Positions 51,836 to 63,109 of a stretch of DNA of 64,000 nucleotides are shown one piece after another. The first letter of the stretch is position 1. The number at the start of each line of letters is the position of its first letter. Position numbers and translations under genes: made by a program. The notes beneath the pieces are model-generated. The model ran no database searches, had not been told where the DNA came from, and saw only the letters and a list, made by a program, of their open reading frames with translations. Source of the DNA: Phoronis australis (lineage: Eukaryota; Animalia; Phoronida); assembly GCA_002633005.1 (NCBI GenBank), contig NMRA01000664.1, forward strand, positions 73,636 through 137,635, in the 5' to 3' direction.

Positions 51836-52742
51836 GAAGGTCTAAGAAGAATTGTGCAAGTAGAAGTCAATGACTGGTACTACCCTCTAATAAAATGAGT
51901 GTTCAAAACCTTTTAGAGAAGCAAATAAGCCTGTGGACCCACTTCGCAAACAAAATCTCACTAAACATGCATGCCCATGTATACGGTCACATGAAAGACG
52001 ATCCACAAACCTAGCAATGTTGTAATGAATAAATCAAATAGATGCTGGAATGCTGTGCAGTTACCGACGGAGTCTAAAATAGTAAAGCTAGTAAAAATAA
52101 AAATAAAACAAGCGTTGGTACTATTATATTGAAATGATCCCTCGTTTCGAGCGATGCGCTCTTTGTCAAGGGTATGATACAGACTGCCACGTTGTAATGC
52201 TGTAACAAACAGCCATCTTTTGTGTTCATCACAAATTGATCACGAATGCTTGTGGATAGAAACTGAATTGCAACCAATCGAAAACTTAGTAGTACACGAA
52301 TGTCGGGACAGAAACATAACTAAACAGAAATAAGCATTACCACAAAATCTCCTTGCTTTTCTTCAGTAAAATTAGTTCTGAGGTGTTCAATATCTGAAGA
52401 GAAAATCAATTTAGAGCACATCAATGGAAATTTCCAACTTTACGTAAAAAATTTAGACATTTATGGCCTTGCAAATGAATGATCAGTGATAAGGTAATCA
52501 ACTGGATATTGGGACACGTCTAACACATTCAAATGAATGGTAAAATCTCACCTATTCAGGACAAAATTAGGGAAATTTTTACGTCTAATTTTTTAAAGAT
52601 AATAACTGTCTTCAAATAAATGCTTCATTATTTAAAAGTTCTTAATCATAACTATCAATGTGGCGAGATCTTACAGAAAGCCTGGTGAACTTATTCTCGA
52701 AACCGGGTCAAATAAGCAGTCTGCTAATTCTTCTTAACCTAC

Positions 52743-52801
52743 AGAGATCTCCAACTGAGGTTTAACAAATGGACAGATGTGTCGTGTTATCATAACTGAA
52801 G
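52743..52801 (-). CDS. SYCP2: SYCP2-like protein, candidate exon 7
   Basis: tattctgtcag| ... |gtaggt, 59 nt, phase 1-0. Bridges exons 6 and 8. ASVMITRHICPFVKPQLEIS. Confidence 0.5.
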
Positions 52802-52939
52802 CTGACAGAATACATGGGGATGTCTCAGTCCAAGTTAAATGTTATTGACAGTGAACCCACCACAAAACTAATGTAGTAAATTATTGAAGGTTTGACCAAA
52901 ATAGAATTTCTCTGTCAGGTGATAGTTCGGTTTTTATAC

Positions 52940-53192
52940 CTTCCACAAATGGTTTTAAGGAAGGTGTATAGCTGGACTTTTTCTCCATCTCACAGCTAAG
53001 CCTCTTTCTTGGTGTTATCGGTGTTTGTCCAGATGTCCCCTTCAGCGGTCTCTGTTGCTGACCAGCAGGTGTTATCTGGACATTCAAGGCATTATAGCGT
53101 CTCCTGGATGCTGGGGTCCTGACCGGCGAGCCCAGAGATTTGCAGGACCTGCCGTCACTTCTTGAGCGATTAACCTTAGTCGAAGATTTTGA
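52940..53192 (-). CDS. SYCP2: SYCP2-like protein, exon 6 (S/T-P-rich, basic)
   Basis: ttcttgcag| ... g|gtataa, phase 0-1. SKSSTKVNRSRSDGRSCKSLGSPVRTPASRRR...TPITPRKRLSCEMEKK. Confidence 0.72.
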
Positions 53193-54139
53193 CTGCAAGA
53201 AAAATTCGTAATCGCACAATTTCGTCTCCTCCTAAAAGTTTAGTATAAGAGATGCCCAACAATGCAACAGTTTGAAAACTTCAGTAGTATGTGACCTATC
53301 AATGATAAAATGGATGCAAATTAATCTCATTCCAATTTCCACAAGAAACAGATGGCCTTCCAAACCATTGCCTTACTAGTTAAACAACTCTAACTAAAGA
53401 GAAAATGTAAAAAGGTGCATTTTTCATTCATTTAGCTTATGCAAAAAGTTAGCTTGATTTTTATGCTCACTCGAGTTTGGCATAAAATGCACTTCGTGAA
53501 ATACTGCCAATTGAGGAACCAATGACAGGCAATGGCTGTGCTATTAACTTATAAGAAATGGACAGGCAAATTATGATAGCAAGTGACAGGGCATTTGAAG
53601 GAATGTGGCCGGATGGGGGATCATTAGCAAATGAATCCTTAATGCCAATAGTTAATTACTTTGCAGGAGCTCCTACTGGCAGGCGTGTTTCCTTCAATGT
53701 ACAATTCTCCATAATCTGTTTCATTGTACGGGGATTTTGTAAGTCTTGGCTGAAACAATGAACATAGCATCATGATTTATTCAACTAGACTAAAACGTGT
53801 AATGATTTTATCACAAGAAATGCTCAATCAAATTACAGGCTATGCTGCCCTTATGTGTTGTATAGTACACACCAGAAATAATAAAACAAAATGCCAGGAA
53901 TTGCACTTTCATGACCATGGGATTCCCCATCAGTACAGCTACATGAAAGCGGGGTTCCTTGTCATGATGAGCGAGTACAGCGAATTCACCATCACAGTAC
54001 CTAGAATGATCAGTTGTAACAGAGAAACTGCATTTTGTCCAATCACTTTTGGCATGTACTGTAACTGGCTCTTTGGGCTAATGTTAACATTATATAAGAC
54101 GCTATTGATAAGCCTTCAGCATAATATCTACAAAACTAT

Positions 54140-54310
54140 AACAAGAGCAACGCAGAGCGTTGAAATGTGCCCACAATTGCACCGCATACGGTATCCTTCT
54201 AGGGTTGTTTATTGGTACCATAAAGTGGCCAGTAGAGGGCATATATGTAGTATGTTGTACTTTTCAAAATGGAAAGGCATGGTACTTGTCTCCTCAATAG
54301 GCTAGGGGCA
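54140..54310 (+). mobile_element. HINE-like 5' fragment
   Basis: aacaagagcaacgcagagcgttgaaatgtgccc... Confidence 0.65.
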
Positions 54311-54464
54311 AAATGTGAGTAATCTTCATAATACAAGCACATCCTATACACCAGTTGCTTAAAGCACCACAGAAACATAGAATTAAAAACAAATTTACCA
54401 ACATACGAGATTAGCACAGCATTAGAATGCCAGAAACAAATTTCTACTTGGAACTTTTCCTTCA

Positions 54465-55282
54465 NNNNNNNNNNNNNNNNNNNNNNNNNNNNNNNNNNNN
54501 NNNNNNNNNNNNNNNNNNNNNNNNNNNNNNNNNNNNNNNNNNNNNNNNNNNNNNNNNNNNNNNNNNNNNNNNNNNNNNNNNNNNNNNNNNNNNNNNNNNN
54601 NNNNNNNNNNNNNNNNNNNNNNNNNNNNNNNNNNNNNNNNNNNNNNNNNNNNNNNNNNNNNNNNNNNNNNNNNNNNNNNNNNNNNNNNNNNNNNNNNNNN
54701 NNNNNNNNNNNNNNNNNNNNNNNNNNNNNNNNNNNNNNNNNNNNNNNNNNNNNNNNNNNNNNNNNNNNNNNNNNNNNNNNNNNNNNNNNNNNNNNNNNNN
54801 NNNNNNNNNNNNNNNNNNNNNNNNNNNNNNNNNNNNNNNNNNNNNNNNNNNNNNNNNNNNNNNNNNNNNNNNNNNNNNNNNNNNNNNNNNNNNNNNNNNN
54901 NNNNNNNNNNNNNNNNNNNNNNNNNNNNNNNNNNNNNNNNNNNNNNNNNNNNNNNNNNNNNNNNNNNNNNNNNNNNNNNNNNNNNNNNNNNNNNNNNNNN
55001 NNNNNNNNNNNNNNNNNNNNNNNNNNNNNNNNNNNNNNNNNNNNNNNNNNNNNNNNNNNNNNNNNNNNNNNNNNNNNNNNNNNNNNNNNNNNNNNNNNNN
55101 NNNNNNNNNNNNNNNNNNNNNNNNNNNNNNNNNNNNNNNNNNNNNNNNNNNNNNNNNNNNNNNNNNNNNNNNNNNNNNNNNNNNNNNNNNNNNNNNNNNN
55201 NNNNNNNNNNNNNNNNNNNNNNNNNNNNNNNNNNNNNNNNNNNNNNNNNNNNNNNNNNNNNNNNNNNNNNNNNNNNNNNNNN
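54465..55282. other. Assembly gap (818 N)
   Basis: Run of N, ending inside a HINE tandem array. Confidence 1.
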
Positions 55283-56120
55283 AAAAAAACAAAACTGCCA
55301 CTAGGAGGTGCCACAGTAGTCGAAATCGTCGGAAAATCATCGTCAACCGTCCTCTACATAGTAAGCATAAACATGCCAATTTTCACAATCATCCTTTGAG
55401 CGGTTTGGTTGATAGAGGGGTGGACGCACAAAAACAGACTCAAAAACACTAAAAATGGCCACTAGGTGGCGCAAACTATGTTGAATCCATCTGAAAATGG
55501 GAGGATAGCGTCATCTCACTAACAGGTGCCTACATACCAAATTTCATGAAAATCCAATAAGGACTTGTGAAGATACAAAGGTAAGCATAAAAAAAATTAA
55601 AATTGCCACTAGGGGGCACACCGGTAGTTGAATCCGTCCAAAAGTCGTGATCTTCCGTTGTTAACATCATACAAATATACTTACACAATTTCGTAAAGAT
55701 CCTGCGAACGGTTTAGGAGATACAGCCATAGGCACTAAAAAAACAAAACACCCACTAGGAGGTGCCACAGTAGTCGAAATCGTCGGAAAATCATCGTCAA
55801 CCGTCCTCTACATAGTAAGCATATACATGCCAATTTTCCCAAATTTCATGAAAATCCGTTCAGGACTTTTGAAGATACAAAGGTAAGCGTAAAAAACTAA
55901 AATTGCCACTAGGGGGCACACCGGTAGTCGGATCCGTCCGAAAGTTCGCACATGCCGTCCCATTCATGAATGGAACATATGTGCCAAATTTCATGAACGT
56001 ATGTCAAAGGGTTTTGGAGATAGAGCAGCGGACGCCGGACGCCAGACGGACGCCGTCCGGACGGACGGACAGAGACGACGGCATAATGCGTCCACATATA
56101 AATATGTGGGCGCATAAAAA
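55283..56120 (+). mobile_element. HINE-like element, 3' portion (young copy)
   Basis: Highly similar to 44090-45040. ggacggacggacaga tract and terminal hairpin gcgtccacatataaatatgtgggcgc. Confidence 0.75.
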
Positions 56121-56621
56121 TTAAGTGAGCAGAAAGCCTGTGCAATTTGATGTTTGCTTGCATACTGATCTGCCATTGATTGAGACACATGATCATATCT
56201 TTTTTAGTAAAACATAGCAAAAATGATAATTATGCACATTCATAACAAACCAGACGGATCAATAACACAACCAACTTTCATTTGATATTAAATGTTCAAA
56301 ACAAAATTTCAAAATAGAAACTGTAAAGATTTCTAAATTAAAACTTCTGGTTTTTCATGCAACATTCGATTTAGTCCATAAAAATCATGCGACCAATTTT
56401 TGATAACCCTTTTGCAAAGCAGTGAATCATTTTCAAAACAATTCTTAACAACGTTTTGGAAAACAGTTCATAAAGTAAGGGATCCAAAAGTTTAATATAA
56501 ATCCAATCATCCCCTCTTGAGACATGATTTTCTGAAGTCAGCCAAATTTGGACATTTTCCTTCAGTCCTACATGGGTATCTTATTTATGAGATAATAAAT
56601 TGACATTTAAATTAACCTTAC

Positions 56622-56690
56622 CGTCTTGTGTGAGCCCATGTCTGTACTGACAGGGGACATAGCAACTTCTCGTTCCAGAATGTCGCCGAT
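56622..56690 (-). CDS. SYCP2: SYCP2-like protein, exon 5
   Basis: ttgtttttag| ... |gtaagg, 69 nt, phase 0-0. IGDILEREVAMSPVSTDMGSHKT. Confidence 0.72.
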
Positions 56691-57897
56691 CTAAAAACAA
56701 AATTACCGTGCCTTTAACTAAAAGACAAAACACCAAAACCCAGTTAACTCAGTCCAACATGATCCACCACTGTGTTTGCTAGACTGTCCATTTTCTATTA
56801 GGACTAGAAACTTGGGAAATTGGTGAGAAGTACAGTTTTCACAGCGTGTCTCATTTAAGAACTGATACCATTTTAGACAACAGTAAATGACCAAACAGCT
56901 TAATGTTTTAATTGTTGACTTCAAAGTTATAGACATGACCTCAGTTCTTTAGCAATCCAATTTTCAGTGCCTGAATCTCTTACAACCCATCCTAACACAA
57001 TGGCAATGTGTAAAACTTGCCAAATGATGTCATGGCTTTAGAGGTAAAACAAATAACAATTAAAATGCAACAGCCTCAAATATACGGCCATACAATTTTG
57101 TTATATTCTGCCAACTGGCTATGACCAAAATGTTAAATTCTGTCAAAGTTCAACATATTGCTTAGTTAGCTAAAACCTTTAAATGATTGAATTTAAACAA
57201 CATGGAAAAACGAGAAACACTACAACGCGGGTTACGAATTTCAAAATCAAATCTAATGAGTTTCTGTTAACACGGGAATGCAAACACAATGAATATAACA
57301 CCATGACCAGGTTTTACTGCACAGTCAATTTGCAGCTTAATTTAAATAATTCTATGTCTTGTGTATCAGATCAGTAACCACAATGCATTACGTGTACATA
57401 TAAATCCTCAAAATTTGCATTTCCTTAAGCTTAATTAAAGTGTCTGAAAAATTAAAATACGGCTTCTTAACCTCGAAATTTCACGATAGGATATAATGCA
57501 TTTCTGTATCCACAAAAAACATTCAGAGCACTCAAAACATTAAAAACTTTAAGCCCATGCAGCACTTTTGTCTAGCTGACCGAAATCCCAAATATTCAAT
57601 TGGAATGAATCAAGTTAGCTGCAGTGAACCTTTCCAATGAACCAATAAATGAACTTCATTCAGTCTACGATGTCATCAAGTGGAACTAGTCTACAGTCAT
57701 GTGAAATTTACGGTACACGCATATTTTGAACAAATATCAAAATGCCATTTTCCCCAGAGCCCAAATAACAGTTTTTGACTGAGTGAGGAACAAGATAATA
57801 AAGAATGGCCTAAATCAAAACTTGTTTTTGACAGAAAGCATGGGTTTAATATAATTTTAAGTACATGAAATTTTGGGTTTCCACACAGTACCCTTAC

Positions 57898-58039
57898 AAT
57901 GCTTATAGGAGAGTTGTCCACATCTGTCACTAGTCCACGCTGAACCTTCTGTTTTTTGCTAGCATGATGGTACTGTTTATCTGCCTTCCTGCGGTTCTTG
58001 CACCCACTCTTGAGCCAGCTCACCTCACTTGCCGCACTC
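57898..58039 (-). CDS. SYCP2: SYCP2-like protein, exon 4
   Basis: gatag| ... |gtaagg, phase 2-0. SAASEVSWLKSGCKNRRKADKQYHH...NSPISI; the xSWL+ motif is recalled from SYCP2. Confidence 0.72.
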
Positions 58040-58046
58040 CTATCAA

Positions 58047-58220
58047 TAACAAAAGCAACGCGGAGCATTCAAATGCTCCCACGAATGCACCACAAACAGT
58101 GTGCTTCTAGGGGTGTTCATTTGTATCACAAAAATGGCCACTGGGTGGCGCAAAATACGTCGAATCCATCCGAAGACGGCAACATGTCGTCTTTTCTTTA
58201 ACAGAAAGCTATTCATAAAA
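58047..58220 (+). mobile_element. HINE-like 5' fragment abutting a splice acceptor
   Basis: aacaaaagcaacgcggagcattcaaatgctccc... matches the other copies' 5' ends. Confidence 0.7.
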
Positions 58221-58224
58221 ATAC

Positions 58225-58725
58225 GGTACACGTTTGGCAGACGGTCAGCCGAAGTGTGCCTATTGAAAACAACTCATGGTACCTCTTTACCCATAGAAGA
58301 ATATTTACAAATATCTCTTTATACAAAATAGGGGAGGTTCAAACTGATAAGTGCCCCTATTGTGATGAGCTGCAGACTTTACTTCATATGTTTATTATTG
58401 CAGACGAGTCAGGACTTTCTGGGAATCGGTGCAAGCACTCCTAAATAAAGCCCTAAAGGCTCAGTACATGTTTACGATTTGGGCCATATTAGATTTTGTA
58501 TTTTTACATGTATGCACTATTTATATTGCGCATATATGTCAACAGACATCGTATCAGCAAGGCGTGTGTGTATGAATGGCGCGTGAAAGTCCTTCCCCGC
58601 TCCCCATTCCCTGTTTCAGTCACATTTTATTGCCCTATATTTATACTTTTGTTAAAGCCAGATCTGAAGCGCCCAACCTCAGACTGGCTTTGTATTATTG
58701 TCTGGGCAATAAATGTATGAAAAAA
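58225..58725 (+). mobile_element. 3' fragment of Tx1/L1-like LINE
   Basis: THRRIFTNISLYKIGEVQTDKCPYCDELQTLLHMF-(frameshift)-YCRRVRTFW zinc knuckle. Ends aataaatgtatgaaaaaa. Confidence 0.7.
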
Positions 58726-60505
58726 ACTCATGATGCACTGACCCCATTTCAACATCATTGCATTGGGGCTTTTAAGATCACTCTGATAAGTGGTGGTGTA
58801 CACAAGTCAAGGCGCCCCCTTGTGTTGTACAGGCAGGTTAGGCTATACAGCTTGGGACATATTAACAAAGGAACAGCAGCTGAAATGAGCATTATTTCTC
58901 TGCTTTGCTGCAGTTAACCAGCGACTCATAATGTAAGTGTCGACACACTCCGTTAGTAGCTTGACTTTATTCTATTCGCCATCTGTTGGTGTATGTGATG
59001 CAGCTTCTACTGCGTCCATTTTCCCATGTGACTCTATTCTTCAATAGCATTCTGCATATGTGAGATTGTTAGACAGACCATGGTATGTAAATGTAACACG
59101 CCAATTTGGCTCATTCGTATTTCAACGCCTTTACTGATAAGTTTACTATCTTACAGTTTTGTTGTGATTTTTGCCACAAATTGGTGTAATTATATTGTAG
59201 TTAGTTTTGTTATATGGTCAATGTTGTAACACGCATTCCAAGTACCTTTTCGAATTACTGTAGACTCAAGTAGTTTGACGTTTGTTTAAGTAAGTTTATC
59301 GGCAATGTTAAACATTAGAATAACTGGAACTTTGTAAATAACGAACACATTCTTCAATTGTCTTATTCATAGAACATTTTTTGTATGTTACAGTTGAACT
59401 GAGCAACTACAACTAACGAAGAAATTAAGTTCAACTTTACTGCAACACATGCTTGCGTTCATTCATGTGGATCTAATGATTTTCATGAGCACACACAAGT
59501 TCCAGTTTTGAATTAGGGACACACAAACAGGCAGTGGTTATCACAGACACCAATCTCCGGTCCCTTACCCGCAAAAACAAAAGGAGTCTACCAGAAAAGT
59601 ACAGGCACTGTGGAAAGTGTGAATTATAATCCCATCTGGTAAAAGCATTCATACTTGCTGTTTGGGAAACATCATAGCTGCTGGTTGGGAAATGCGATGT
59701 AGCACATAACATGCATCTAATTTGAAATTGTATTTCTGAAACCACAAACTAGTCTCGATATTGTCCATGTCACTGGTTGCACACGGAGCATTTAATATGA
59801 AATGGTTATTAAAGGTCGGGTGCTCATTAAATCTCTACTGCTTTTCAAATTGAGTGTACATCATACTACAGCGTCAAGCTCTAAATACCACTGCTTAATG
59901 ACACAGGTTTATTATTTAGGATTGTATGACAACCCATCCGGGATTTTAAATAAAATATTCTTTTTGCGTAGTAAAACGAGAATGTCTCAGCAGTCAGCAG
60001 ACTTGCATGAAAAATTTTAATCTCTTCTAGTTTTGACCTCCCGTTCGACAGGCCTTGTTCACAAAGACATTTATTAAATAGCAATTGTGCTCTGTGTTAA
60101 TACGTTTCTAGGATTCCCTAATTAGTTTCATAAAAGAATTAAGTGTTTATCTTGCTTATTGAACTGTCTGTAAATCACTTTTTAGTTTGCTTCTATGGCA
60201 AACAAAGTGAAGTCTTTAAAAAGTATATACTCATACTCAATACTTTATTATATGTCATTGAGACATGGGTCTCTACCATGTTATAATAATTTTAAATTCA
60301 TACTGTTTGAGACAGTGAATGTTATTGTACTTAACGCCGCAGACAAAACATTAGATCAGAGGAAGGTTGAGTGTATAAAAACCCTTCCCCAATCCTCTTC
60401 CCCTTCTTTACAATAATCTCTGTTAATTGTACGCCCTATCACTACGAGTTCTTTAATTTAATTTCCAAATTCCTCTTTGACCATTCTGGATGATGTATTG
60501 CCATT

Positions 60506-60675
60506 CATATTGTAAGGATAAGTAGATGGGGCTACCCAACCCCAGCCATATTGTAAGGATATGTAGCTGGGGCTACCCAACCCCAGCCATATTGTAAGGA
60601 TATGTAGCTGGGGCTACCCAACCCCAGCCATATTGTAAGGATGAGTAGATGGGGCTACCCAACCCCAGCCATATT
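60506..60675 (+). repeat. 41-bp tandem repeat x4 with internal hairpin
   Basis: CATATTGTAAGGATATGTAGCTGGGGCTACCCAACCCCAGC units are directly visible. Confidence 0.95.
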
Positions 60676-61205
60676 CGCTAATAAATTAGATTTCTGGGAA
60701 AATGTATTAATTGAGAAAAAAAAAGCATGAGCACTGGGTACTGTCTCCTACCTGGCTTTGTGGTTTCATAGTTACAGATTCGTAAAATAGATAGCGCTGC
60801 TGTTATTTGATTACCCTATCACACGCACTGTTTTTTTTCTGTGTCATATCTGCTTTGGATGTTATGTCCAGCACTGGTCATTGACGTCGCAAGTGACTTA
60901 CAAATCTCCCAAAGTAAAGATACAAGTTATTGATACTGCTCTGTAATTTCCTGATGTAGTTTTTGCATGGATTTCAGACATATTATTAGATGTATTCCCG
61001 TTCTACTGACTCTTGGAGGCTTTTATTTTTACCAATAGATGGCATTGCGTTCGCTTCACCTTTAGTATAATTTTTTGCTCGCCGGTTTATCGATAGCCTT
61101 AGCTTCACGTGTTATAGTATTCTGACACATTTGTTAGGTTTTGGCTCACTTAGCTACTACTTTTGAAGCATTATATTTTTATTTTTTCAGCTTTTTACCA
61201 ATGTA

Positions 61206-61275
61206 ACACACACAAACACACACAAACACACACACACACACACACCCACACACACACATGAACATGCACACACAC
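61206..61275 (+). repeat. Imperfect (CA)n microsatellite
   Basis: Directly visible. Confidence 0.9.
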
Positions 61276-61359
61276 TACAGTAGTGTAAAGGTTACTAAGT
61301 GTTATGCGTTTTGCACTAGTGTAAAACAATCACTCTCCATACCAAATGGCTTTGGTTAC

Positions 61360-61442
61360 CTAGATTCCAGCAGAGAGCTTAGATTATCTTCAGTGTCGTC
61401 AAAAGGGCCCTTCTTTCGTGCTTTTTTCTTGCACTTTACCTG
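61360..61442 (-). CDS. SYCP2: SYCP2-like protein, exon 3
   Basis: tttcag|cag (NAGNAG) ... |gtaacc, phase 0-2. QVKCKKKARKKGPFDDTEDNLSSLLES. Confidence 0.72.
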
Positions 61443-62335
61443 CTGAAACAGCATAAATGAGCGTCTAACCAGGAACAAATATCAAAAAGAAAATCTCGAC
61501 GAAATGATCCTCAAGACACAGCAATACTCACAAATTAAAATACTGAGTACACAATGTCGATAGTTGCCATGGAATGCAGTCTTGGAAACCACGGTTTTAC
61601 AACCAGGCACACAAGTTGGTGATACAATAACAGCAAAAAATTGTACCAACTGAATAGAGATTCTCTCAATTCGTGAAAACATCTTGCAGAGTACCATCAT
61701 TTCCACAGCAATCTAATATTACAACTAACTCCCATTTAGTCCCCATTCCACACATTACCGGTTTCCAGAGGAGTGATATCAATCTTTCTTTTGTTAATCA
61801 CCACGCTTTGTCTTTTGTTCGATGTCACAACGCAAACACCAATTATCTAACACGCAGAATGAATACATTAATGTCAACACGCATCGATTCAAAACTGTTT
61901 TCAACAACTTTTAAAACCAGTCGCAGCATTTTGGCCAATTTTTATTGTAGTATTCTTCCACGAAAGAAGGATTCTACACTAATTTTTCAGGAGGAATTCA
62001 ATTTTGGAACTCAAAGACAAACGTGTAAAAAATTACAAGTGTCTGTCCTTGGCAATTCAATTTATTCCAGCCAGTATTTTATTGCTTAGAAGACATTGCT
62101 AATGCGACAATTGCCCTGAACAACACAATGTAAGCTTAGACCAACTTTTGTGATACTGAGGCCAGATAGCAACTGTACACTGGTTTTCTTGGTTGATGTA
62201 GAGAAGCACTGTCCAACTACAAGATAACACTGAATGGCCTGGTTTCCCAATGAAATGCGACATCACAATTCTGCATTTCCAGAAACTTCCAAAATGTCAT
62301 GCCATACTGAAACTCATAATGTTCGAAAATCTTAC

Positions 62336-62405
62336 TTCAGCTGGCTGGGTGTTTTTGTTAGATCGTACGTCACTACTGTCGAGATCTTCATTGACGTCGA
62401 TATCA
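62336..62405 (-). CDS. SYCP2: SYCP2-like protein, exon 2
   Basis: ttttgtttag| ... |gtaaga, phase 2-0. SDIDVNEDLDSSDVRSNKNTQPAE. Confidence 0.72.
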
Positions 62406-63023
62406 CTAAACAAAAGCAAAAACGTTGTATCATACAAGTGAATAATAGCAGGGAATGAAAAAGAGATGTACAGTAAGATCTCACCAATATCGTACAAATA
62501 CAATAGCTTGAAATTTAGCTGTTTCTTCATTTCTCAAAGGCCAATTTTAACAGTGTAATTGTGAATGACCACAAATTCTCTAAACATGTGATAGACGGTA
62601 GCTATTGTATGAATTTCACACATGAATAAGCCTTACTTTTAGTGCAACTTGTCTTTAATGGGAAAAAATGAGAAAATAACATTTCACTTCTCCAGCATAT
62701 TGTGTCCTAAATTGACGAGATTTTACCGTACTGTGAAAAAATCCTGGTGTGCATGTCACGTTTCCAGACCAAATTAGAATGCTACTTGAGAGAACATATT
62801 TTGGACAGCCTGAGCATTTCTTTCCAATCAACCATACATTATCTGTGTACAATACAAAATATTTCATTCCTTTTTAATGATTGAACATGAAAGTCAAAGA
62901 CATATTACTTAATTACCCTGTTAGCCATGTCAGGCCAGAGTGAGGGTAGGGTGAAGAAAAACTATTTTTAGGACACCTTAACGGATAAGAATTTTGACAT
63001 AGAATTTGATATAAAATATTTAC

Positions 63024-63109
63024 CTCACAGATATTTCTTTGTAGTTGACAGCCCTTCTCTGCCTCTTACTCCTGCCACTCAGTTTCTTGGCAGAGGCACT
63101 CACGAGACT
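63024..63109 (-). CDS. SYCP2: SYCP2-like protein, first exon found in window (internal exon)
   Basis: ttctag| ... |gtaaat, phase 0-2. SLVSASAKKLSGRSKRQRRAVNYKEISV, an RRxxNYK(D/E)xS motif as recalled in SYCP2. Confidence 0.7.

Noticed and set aside
54199-55452. Longest ORFs in the track (305-371 aa)
   Set aside because: Read-through of the N gap.
60506-60675. CRISPR-like array (palindromic repeat)
   Set aside because: Units are contiguous with no unique spacers. The context is a eukaryotic intron with no cas genes.
60060-62080. Possible very old LINE remnants on the minus strand
   Set aside because: Only faint motif resemblance (e.g. AIKYWL-like). Too degraded to support a feature call.
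62688-62730. Alternative phase 2-0 exon (STVKSRQFRTQYAGE)
   Set aside because: 62336-62405 has the same phases, much stronger splice sites and the expected acidic content.
63024-63109. Shugoshin SGO motif (RRAVNYKE)
   Set aside because: Not followed by the PSLxxKLRR continuation. The downstream exons lead to a SYCP2/3-type coiled coil instead.
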